A stretch of 64,000 bases of DNA. It comes from a bacterium. Lineage in GTDB: Bacteria; Bacteroidota; Rhodothermia; Rhodothermales; UBA10348. Both the position numbers and the translations under genes were made by a program. Of this stretch, positions 10,023 through 17,008 are shown in pieces (position 1 is the stretch's first letter; each line of letters starts with the position of its first letter). Location: the NCBI GenBank assembly GCA_013204185.1, contig JABMOI010000035.1:18265-82264 (forward strand), in the 5' to 3' direction. The notes beneath the pieces were generated by a model. It searched no databases. It was not told the DNA's origin and saw only the letters and a program-made list of their open reading frames with translations.

Positions 10023-11717
10023 TTAGCGTTTGCGAAACTTAGCTGCAATCCGCTCTACATCGGATTCGGAAAGGGATGGGACGTCGGGTTTCTTTTCCGA
10101 CGCTTTACCGCTTTTTGCATCCGAAGGTGCACTTGATGGTCCTTTGGCTTTTGTGCCAGAAGACCGATTCGCTTGCCAGTTCGACTTGGGGTTTCCGGCT
10201 CGAGTCCGAAGCCGAGCTTCAATTTCGTCCATCCATGGCTTACTTGGCCGGCCATCTTGCGTGAGCGGAGTAACGGGCTGGACGTATCGCGGTTTGTCTG
10301 GTACCTGAATTAGTTTCGCTGCGTTCGTTGGGTTTACCGCATTCGTTTCAAACGCGAGCCGCTTAATGTTGATTAAATGAAGCGGAGAAATGTTGTCGCT
10401 CGTGATGGATCCGCCTATGGTACCCGGCCCTAGTGTCATGGCGGGGAATAAGTCTGTTGTAAAGCCAACCGAGCCAAGGGCGGCAACCGTGTTCACAACG
10501 ATGCGCATCGCCGGTTTTTCGAGAGCAAAGGCCTCGATTACTTTCTTGGACGATGCATGAATGGCGAGCGTGTGCCCGATTCCGCCAAACGCTAATATTT
10601 CCTTGCACCGCTCGCAGCCTTCCTCCCATCCTTCAACCGAATACATACTCAGAATGGGGGAGAGGGTCTCCATGGATAGGGGCTCGGTTTTTCCAACGCT
10701 TTCTACAATGGCAACGAGTGCCCTAGTGGATTCTGGAACTGAAAAGCCAGCCATGGTAGCAATGGTCGATGGGCTCTTACCCACCTGATCAATGTTGAGG
10801 CGACCTCCCGGGGCAACCAACTTGCGAAGAAGGACGGTTTCCTCATCGCTCAACATGTGCGCCTGCTCTTGCTTCAATGCGTCTTTCAACCTGGGAAGTG
10901 CTGGTGAGTCAACAACAATACTGCGCTCGGTTGAGCACAGCGTTCCCCAGTCGAAGGAAACTCCGTAAACAATGTCTGCTGCGGCTTTCGAAAGGTCTGC
11001 CGATCGATCTACATAAACGGGTACGTTTCCCGATCCAACACCGTAGGCTGGCTTGCCTTTCGAGTAGGCGGCATGAACCATAGCAGATCCGCCCGTTGCC
11101 AAAATTAAATCGGTGTCGGCGTCCTCCAGTAAGGCGTTCGTACCCTCAATAGAGGGGTCGGTCATACAACCAAAGAGACCTTCCGGAGCACCAGCTTTGT
11201 ATGCTGCGTGCGCCACTACATGAAGGGCTTCTAATGTCGATTTCTTTGAACGCGGGTGGGGGCTTAGCACAATCCCACACCTCGCCTTTGCAGCAATGAT
11301 GGCTTTGTACATTGCCGTGGACGTGGGGTTTGTGGAGGGGACGAGCGCCGCAACAATGCCCATTGGGGAAGCTATTTCCCAAATCGATCCATTTTCTGAT
11401 TTTCGGACGACCCCACATGTTTTCATCCCCTGCATGCGCTCCGAAAGCGTTCGAGTCGCGAACAGGTTTTTTTGGATCTTGCTTTCAATTCGCCCAAATC
11501 CGGTTTCTTCATGCGCCAGTTTGGCTAGAGACTCTGATGCAGCAATGCCGGCCCGGACCATTTCAGCCACAATACGATCCACCTGTTCCTGAGAAAAGGT
11601 GTGATACGTTTCGAACGCTTTTCGGGCTTTGCGAAGAAGCGTTCTTGCCTGTTGAATTGAGTGAAGGTCCTTGTCCATTGTCGCTCGAGTGTAGTCCTCA
11701 ATATGCGCCGTTATCAC
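10023..11717 (-). CDS. CoA-acylating aldehyde dehydrogenase (EutE/PduP/SucD-like) with ~100-aa low-complexity C-terminal extension
   Basis: 564 aa. ALDH fold with catalytic-Cys context SFDWGTLCSTERSIVV. Overall resemblance to acetylating aldehyde dehydrogenases. The tail is rich in K/S/P/A. Confidence 0.7.
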   Translation of the reverse strand: MITAHIEDYTRATMDKDLHSIQQARTLLRKARKAFETYHTFSQEQVDRIVAEMVRAGIAASESLAKLAHEETGFGRIESKIQKNLFATRTLSERMQGMKTCGVVRKSENGSIWEIASPMGIVAALVPSTNPTSTAMYKAIIAAKARCGIVLSPHPRSKKSTLEALHVVAHAAYKAGAPEGLFGCMTDPSIEGTNALLEDADTDLILATGGSAMVHAAYSKGKPAYGVGSGNVPVYVDRSADLSKAAADIVYGVSFDWGTLCSTERSIVVDSPALPRLKDALKQEQAHMLSDEETVLLRKLVAPGGRLNIDQVGKSPSTIATMAGFSVPESTRALVAIVESVGKTEPLSMETLSPILSMYSVEGWEEGCERCKEILAFGGIGHTLAIHASSKKVIEAFALEKPAMRIVVNTVAALGSVGFTTDLFPAMTLGPGTIGGSITSDNISPLHLINIKRLAFETNAVNPTNAAKLIQVPDKPRYVQPVTPLTQDGRPSKPWMDEIEARLRTRAGNPKSNWQANRSSGTKAKGPSSAPSDAKSGKASEKKPDVPSLSESDVERIAAKFRKR

Positions 11718-11848
11718 GATTCAAACAAGAGCGAAGACGCAAGTCATTTAATACCTGCTTTTTGCAGCCCTAAACGCAAATAATTAATTTCTCGACGTAA
11801 TTAGGTACTGACAAACCGCTACTACAACGCGCATTGCGCCCAGAACAC

Positions 11849-12478
11849 ATGTCTCGTTACAGCGAGCAAATAGACGAGCATATCCTTGCCGCATTCTTGA
11901 CGGGGGATTTGCCGCCCGCCTTGAGGCGAGAAATTGCCGCGTACATTGCCCACAGTGAACGTGCGCGTGATCTGATCAGCATGGCCTCGGACGCTTTAGA
12001 CGTAGTTGAGTTAGGCGATGGAGCGCCGAGAATAGCCCTTCGAAAAGGGCGAAAGAAGCCGAGCAACATATCGCAACTGTCCGCTGAATCAGCAGACCAC
12101 GACACTCGGCTTTGGAAAGTTGCTGCGATGTTTGCGATTTCAGTGTTGGTTTTGGCGATTACCGTCGGGCTATTTGCTTACGAGTACACGTCGAACAAAA
12201 GCCAAGCAGCCCATCAGCATTGGATTCCATCGATTGGAGCCGATCAGCTCTCGCTTCGATGGCCAGCCCAACCTGATGCCGTGCTATATCAAGTGATGGT
12301 CCAGAATCAGCGATCAGGAATTAGTGCACTGGTCACGAGAACGGAAGAGTTGTCCTACCAAGTGCCATCAAATGCCATCGCATTCCAGTCCGATACTCCG
12401 TACCAGATTTGGGTCTTAGCTCTAGACCGTGAGCAGCATGTGCTCAGCCGGTCGGAAGCTATTTCTGTGATTGATTGA
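11849..12478 (+). CDS. anti-sigma-factor-like single-pass membrane protein with small extracytoplasmic beta domain
   Basis: The track ORF starts at TTG 11834. ATG at ~11849 gives MSRYSEQIDEHILAAFLTGDLPPALRREIAAYIAH, a zf-HC2-like layout without the Cys residues. One TM helix (AAMFAISVLVLAITVGLFAY). FN3-like C-terminal ~90 aa. Confidence 0.45.
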   Translation: MSRYSEQIDEHILAAFLTGDLPPALRREIAAYIAHSERARDLISMASDALDVVELGDGAPRIALRKGRKKPSNISQLSAESADHDTRLWKVAAMFAISVLVLAITVGLFAYEYTSNKSQAAHQHWIPSIGADQLSLRWPAQPDAVLYQVMVQNQRSGISALVTRTEELSYQVPSNAIAFQSDTPYQIWVLALDREQHVLSRSEAISVID

Positions 12479-12522
12479 GCCGTTCGCCGTTCGAGTTGCG
12501 ATCGCGTCGGCGATCCTTTCAA

Positions 12523-14484
12523 CTAGCCATCCGTCGCGTCAATACCTAAGCGTCCCGTGTGACGAGCATTCCTTTGAAAGGTTGGCCACTGCTCTGGGTT
12601 GAGCCCGACTGATCCGGTTTCAAATGAATACAGTCGCTGGTCGTCTCCGGCTACGATAAGTCCCCCATCCCGCGTGATCGTTAACGGACCATCGGCCTGG
12701 GTTTTTAACTCGTATTGCCAAAGCGGCGTGTTGTTTGGGTTGATAGCTCGGAGCGAGGTCCCTGCCATGAAGTAGATCACCTCATTGGAATCGATCACCG
12801 GAGTGCCTACATCGGTGGCAACATGAACAAAGCGCAATCGAGGGGTGAACGCGTTGGTATCCTGATTCAAGGCAATGAGCCCGATACTTGTACCTACGTA
12901 GATGGTGCCGTCAGGTCCCACGATAGGTCCGGAACGAAGGGGTCCAGTCAGTGGGTAACTCCAAAGAATAGACCCGTCTTCACCAGCCACGGCATAGAGA
13001 TTACGATCATTTGATACAATGTAGAGCACAACCGCCGTAGTGGTACGAACGTCTCCTGTGGGGAGCGTAACCGAAAGTTGTTTTTCAATCATGGCCATTC
13101 CAACCATCACGCTTCCAATGTTGTCAGACGATTTCCACACTTTAACCCCATTTGGATCATAGGCATAGACGTGTCCATCCGTTGAGGCTACGAAAATAGT
13201 TCGGTCGCGCCCAATAACGGGTGGTACCACAATGCTAGATCCGGTGACGTTGGCTGGCCATTGGCCCTGCGCTTTCAACCCATCAAACGAGTTGACAGCG
13301 TGAAGCTTTCCGGCTGAATCTCCAAAGTAGATGGTTCCGTCAGAACCAAGGGTGGGAGAAGAGCGCACTTCTGCTCCAGTGCTATAGTTGGTTGCCCATC
13401 CCCATAGTTTGGCTCCCTGTGAGGTTAATCCATATAGCCGTCCGCCTTCAGCGGTTACAAACACGTCTTCATTGTTTCCGACTAAAACGGATGATCGAAT
13501 CGCGCCTTTTGTTGGAAAGCGCCATTTTAGATCCCCAGTTGGGCTGAAAGAATACAAGGTGTCATTGCTGGTACCGAAGTAAATATCGTTATTGAACCCA
13601 ATTGCTGGTGCACCTTCGACTTCTCCGCTCATGCCAAATCCTTTCCAGCGAAGCGATCCTGGGCGTCCATCGTTCTGGCCGCTATCTTCCGTTATAGTAA
13701 TAGTAACGGTGTCTGAGATGCGGAATACGGTAGGACCGCTGAAGCCTTTGACTTCTAACGTGTGCTCGCCAAGGCCTAGAACGCTCGTATCGTAATCAAA
13801 TACAAAGGTGTCTCCGCCTACCGATTCAGTTTCTGACAAAACAGGAACGCCATCAACCAGCAAGTCGACTCGTGTCACGAAAGGCTGACCGGGTTCGGTC
13901 CGCGCAACCACTCTAATATTACCGTACACATCATCCCCTTTAACAGGGTCAATAATAGTCATGATGGGGCCGGGGCCGTCCGATACGTTATCAATTGTTA
14001 CCAGAACAGGAGCCGAAACACCACGCGCTTGAAATTTGTCGAAGGCTACTGCTTCTACTCGATATAGACCATCTGGATAATCGTAGGTGTTGATTCGAAG
14101 GTTGTAGCTGGTCCCGTCATACACAGCTTCCCCGGCCCTGACACCGTTCACGTTCACATTGATAAAAGAAACGAAGTTGCCGTCTCCTAGTGCTTCTGCC
14201 GAAACTGCAACCAACAAGTTTCTACCAGAAACCAACGCTTCATCGAATGGTCGAACAATTGAGATTCGTGGCGCACGCTCATCAACTGCTGCACCAAAAA
14301 TGTCGCAGCCCGAGATGAAGCTGGAGAACAACACGAGCATCGTCAGGACGGCGCCTGAATACGACGGGTTGAATTTCGACAAAGGGCCATCCAAACAATG
14401 GCCTGATTTACCGAGGGCAGTCAGTCGTTGAAAACGATTCGACCGAGTGAGTCTGTTGAACATGGATGTGAACGGGAGTTTCAT
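12523..14484 (-). CDS. lipoprotein with two Ig-like domains and a PQQ/BamB-like beta-propeller
   Basis: 653 aa. Lipobox FISGC; an alternative start at Met49 (~14340) would give a normal-length signal peptide. Two Ig-like modules. Repeated propeller blades (DGTIYFG, LYAV, GSILW). Confidence 0.7.
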   Translation of the reverse strand: MKLPFTSMFNRLTRSNRFQRLTALGKSGHCLDGPLSKFNPSYSGAVLTMLVLFSSFISGCDIFGAAVDERAPRISIVRPFDEALVSGRNLLVAVSAEALGDGNFVSFINVNVNGVRAGEAVYDGTSYNLRINTYDYPDGLYRVEAVAFDKFQARGVSAPVLVTIDNVSDGPGPIMTIIDPVKGDDVYGNIRVVARTEPGQPFVTRVDLLVDGVPVLSETESVGGDTFVFDYDTSVLGLGEHTLEVKGFSGPTVFRISDTVTITITEDSGQNDGRPGSLRWKGFGMSGEVEGAPAIGFNNDIYFGTSNDTLYSFSPTGDLKWRFPTKGAIRSSVLVGNNEDVFVTAEGGRLYGLTSQGAKLWGWATNYSTGAEVRSSPTLGSDGTIYFGDSAGKLHAVNSFDGLKAQGQWPANVTGSSIVVPPVIGRDRTIFVASTDGHVYAYDPNGVKVWKSSDNIGSVMVGMAMIEKQLSVTLPTGDVRTTTAVVLYIVSNDRNLYAVAGEDGSILWSYPLTGPLRSGPIVGPDGTIYVGTSIGLIALNQDTNAFTPRLRFVHVATDVGTPVIDSNEVIYFMAGTSLRAINPNNTPLWQYELKTQADGPLTITRDGGLIVAGDDQRLYSFETGSVGLNPEQWPTFQRNARHTGRLGIDATDG

Positions 14485-14651
14485 GGTTGCTTTTCGCGCG
14501 TATTAAGTCTGCCAACTAGCTCAGCAAGTATCGGACCAAAAATCGCAAAACCGTCTTGAATCGCAAAAAATGTACTTTTTAACGTTCTTTTATTCCAAAA
14601 TGGTAATGTTTTAGTAGGTACAGTCTCACTTTCGACACGAACTGTTGAATC

Positions 14652-14698
14652 ACTATATATACCAGGAGGCGCGGGTTATCGACCGGGTACTATATAGT
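14652..14698. promoter_or_regulatory. imperfect inverted repeat, candidate operator or upstream activating site
   Basis: ACTATATATACCAGG ... CCGGGTACTATATAGT: arms match 8+4 nt with one bulge, ~16-20-nt spacer. Lies ~135-180 bp upstream of the -24 element at 14833. Coordinates +/-1. Confidence 0.3.
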
Positions 14699-14770
14699 CT
14701 GAAGAGTAAAACAGCGGTTTGGGGCGAAGAAATGTCGAAAGGGAGACTTTTTCGTCTCAAAACGGGATCA

Positions 14771-14830
14771 TTTTGATCATAAACCGTAATGAAAACGGCT
14801 ATTTTAGCCTGAAAACAAAGTTTTGCAAGA
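14771..14830. promoter_or_regulatory. 10-bp-phased A/T tracts (predicted intrinsic DNA curvature) containing GAAAAC-GGCTA-TTT-TAGCC-TGAAAAC
   Basis: Read in blocks of 10: TTTTgatcat / AAAccgtaat / gAAAAcggct / aTTTTagcct / gAAAAcaaag / TTTTgcaaga. Small inverted repeat GGCTA/TAGCC (14797-14809) flanked by direct GAAAAC repeats. Confidence 0.35.
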
Positions 14831-14832
14831 GC

Positions 14833-14848
14833 TGGCACGGCTTTTGGT
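14833..14848 (+). promoter_or_regulatory. sigma-54-type -24/-12 promoter candidate (P1, upstream of EPS gene A)
   Basis: cTGGCACGgcttTTGGt versus consensus YTGGCACGrNNNTTGCW. GG-to-(GC) spacing is correct, with one mismatch in the -12 element. ~95 nt upstream of the ATG at 14941. Confidence 0.4.
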
Positions 14849-14940
14849 AGGAATCACATGCCGGCATAAAATTTCGCATCCAGCTTAACGGATCGGAATC
14901 CTGACCGACACTTGACATTAGCATACAGAAACAGTTCGTA

Positions 14941-16935
14941 ATGAACGCATCGTCCCAAACATCGGTGAACTTCGCACCTAAACATCTTTCCGGAATCGAC
15001 GTGATCGATGACGCCTGGGGCGGATTGTATCGAGGTGGATCTTACCTCGTTTCTGGTCGCGCCGCAAGTGGTCGGGGATTGTTAACGTTGATGTTCGCCC
15101 GTACTGGTGCTGCGTTTAGTGAGCCCACTCTTCTGGTATCTCCGGATCGCCAGAAAGACTTGATGATTCAAGCCGCCTCCATCGGATTCAACCTGCGAGA
15201 AGCCCACGATTCTGGTATTGTTCGGCTCCTTCGGGTTCCGCCCCTAATGAACCTTCAGAATATGGGGGATGATGGAGTATCGAAAGCTCTTTGGGATTTG
15301 GTTACTCTTATCCGCAGGCACCGTCCAACCCGATTGATCATGAACGACTTTATGCCTTTTGTGGCATTCCGCTCATTTGATCGATTTAGAAATGAGTTTA
15401 TCCAGTTTCTCGAGCAAATTGATTCGCTAGATACAACGACTTTATTGGTCATGCCTGAACCGGCTAACCCTCAGTCTAGTCGAGTCATCGAGTTCATGGC
15501 ATCCCAAATGACGGGATCCATTCACATCGAATTGGCCGAAGACAGTCCTACAACTACCAAACGACGCATTTCGTTGATCCCTCATATTGGGCACATTAAG
15601 CGTCAAGTGATTGACTACTGGGATTTGGAAGACCTTATTCATACGACTAAGGCTCCAACGAAACCCGCCGTTCCGTTTGCGACCGGCAATGACGATAACA
15701 TTTTTAAGCCTTCCTCCGTGCAGTCGCCCTATGCGACTCAGGATGAAAGCGAGTTTGAAGAATTTAGATCGGCTCGGAATGAACCTCAGCCAGCTCGGGA
15801 CACCACGATTCAGAATCGTCGTCCCAACGTGCCTCCGGTTATTCCGATTCCTTCTTACCCTACGAATCCGGCTCCACAGCCAACAACTATGCCGCAGGCG
15901 CCTTATCAGGCACCCCCTCAACCTGCGGCTACTTTTTCTGGACAGTCATCGTACACTGGACAAACTGGACAGCAAGGACACCAGGGACAGCAGGGACAAC
16001 AGCCCCACCCGGGTCAATCTCATGGCGGCCCAGCTCCTGCGAGTCAACCTCCAGTAGGTAATGCTCCGATTGAAGATCGGCCTAAACCGCCGTTTTTCAG
16101 TGGCTCCCAATCTAGTTCACCTCAGCAGCCGGCTGCGGGTCAGATCCCGTTTGTTCAACACCAGGGACACCAGGCACCTAGTCACCCTCAGATTCCGTAT
16201 CAGCCTGCGGCGCCCCAGAGCAATCCGCAGCAGGGATATACTGAACCAACTCCATATTCAGCAGGTTCGCCTTCTGAACAGTTTAGCTTTCAGCAATCGG
16301 GAGCTTCTGTAAACCCAGATCCATTTGGGAAGTCTGATTCATTTTTAGAGAGTGATTCCGTTTTTTCCCGGCCAGATCAAGGGATCGATGAAGCTCCTCC
16401 ATTTGCTCCGTCAGCCAACCCATCTTCGATATCATTCCCTGAACAGCCCAAGGCACCTGCGGCTTCAACACCGCAAACGGCTTCAACGCCACCAGCGCCT
16501 CCGCCTTCAGGAATGAATGTGGAAACTGAATACACGAACCGTGAATCGTTTCGTGAAAAACTGCAGCAGCAGTTTTCAAACCGCGACGTATTACATCAGC
16601 CCTTCCTATTACTCGCCCTTCGGATGGATCGAAGCGCGCAGTCTACGGCAAGACCTTTCGACTTCGATTTCCTCATGGATCTCGTAGGGGAAGAATTGCG
16701 CGTGCAGGATGATATGCTGGCAAATATTGATCTGGAACGTCTAGTCGTCTATCTCGCCGACAGTCGTCCTGAGGAAGCCCAAAGCTTTTTTACACGACTT
16801 AAGGACCGGTTGCGTCAAGAGTCTCCAACGCAGGCAGATCATCTCCTGCATTCGGTATCGGCTATCGTCGTCCCAGACGGTCGTCCATTCCAGAATGCTA
16901 GCGAGTTTCTGACGTATGCATTGGATGAAGCTTGA
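14941..16935 (+). CDS. EPS locus gene A: KaiC/RecA-like pseudo-ATPase + ~300-aa P/Q-rich disordered linker + degenerate GGDEF-like domain with retained RxxD I-site (BcsE/PelD-like candidate c-di-GMP receptor)
   Basis: 664 aa. N-terminal SGIDVIDDAWGGLYRGGSYLVSGRAASGRGLLTLMF aligns to KaiC-family xGIxGLDxxLGGGLxxGSxxLVxGxxGTGKT, but GKT is replaced by GRG. Walker-B-like RLIMNDF. C-terminal TNRESFREKL...FLLLALRMD...EELRVQDDMLANIDLERLVVYLADS follows the GGDEF domain layout, with IDLER in place of GGDEF and RVQD five residues upstream. Confidence 0.6.
   Translation: MNASSQTSVNFAPKHLSGIDVIDDAWGGLYRGGSYLVSGRAASGRGLLTLMFARTGAAFSEPTLLVSPDRQKDLMIQAASIGFNLREAHDSGIVRLLRVPPLMNLQNMGDDGVSKALWDLVTLIRRHRPTRLIMNDFMPFVAFRSFDRFRNEFIQFLEQIDSLDTTTLLVMPEPANPQSSRVIEFMASQMTGSIHIELAEDSPTTTKRRISLIPHIGHIKRQVIDYWDLEDLIHTTKAPTKPAVPFATGNDDNIFKPSSVQSPYATQDESEFEEFRSARNEPQPARDTTIQNRRPNVPPVIPIPSYPTNPAPQPTTMPQAPYQAPPQPAATFSGQSSYTGQTGQQGHQGQQGQQPHPGQSHGGPAPASQPPVGNAPIEDRPKPPFFSGSQSSSPQQPAAGQIPFVQHQGHQAPSHPQIPYQPAAPQSNPQQGYTEPTPYSAGSPSEQFSFQQSGASVNPDPFGKSDSFLESDSVFSRPDQGIDEAPPFAPSANPSSISFPEQPKAPAASTPQTASTPPAPPPSGMNVETEYTNRESFREKLQQQFSNRDVLHQPFLLLALRMDRSAQSTARPFDFDFLMDLVGEELRVQDDMLANIDLERLVVYLADSRPEEAQSFFTRLKDRLRQESPTQADHLLHSVSAIVVPDGRPFQNASEFLTYALDEA
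15958..16002 (+). repeat. five tandem 9-bp units GGACANCAN inside gene A, encoding (Gly-X-Y)5 = GQTGQQGHQGQQGQQ
   Basis: ggacaaact ggacagcaa ggacaccag ggacagcag ggacaacag, read directly. A sixth GGACAG lies 18 bp upstream. Confidence 0.8.
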
Positions 16936-17008
16936 TTTTTGCCCTACTGAGATTCTAGAAACGGCCGATACCATCTGAAAAGACGGAACCATTTGGCGGA
17001 TACAACGC

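Noticed and set aside
10023-11717. Interpreting the EutE-like dehydrogenase as evidence for a bacterial microcompartment locus here
   Set aside because: No BMC-H/T/P shell proteins, no signature enzymes (EutBC, PduCDE, a glycyl-radical enzyme) and no phosphotransacylase are present in the window. Only the tail feature is kept, as a low-interest note.
14653-14838. 61-aa minus-strand ORF inside the 456-bp control region
   Set aside because: No motifs and an odd composition. It spans the palindrome, A/T tracts and the -24 element. The region is more economically explained as regulatory DNA.
15442-16057. 159-aa minus-strand and 148-aa plus-strand alternative-frame ORFs within gene A
   Set aside because: They are Arg/Leu/Ser-rich translations produced by reading the P/Q-rich low-complexity DNA in other frames. 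This is typical of spurious ORFs in repetitive coding sequence.
16990-17008. GG-N10-GC element (TGGCGGATACAACGCA) immediately before the gene B start
   Set aside because: The spacing is right, but the -12 GC sits only ~3 nt before the ATG. Transcription would then begin inside the signal-peptide coding region. It is also a poorer match to TGGCACG. Probably chance.
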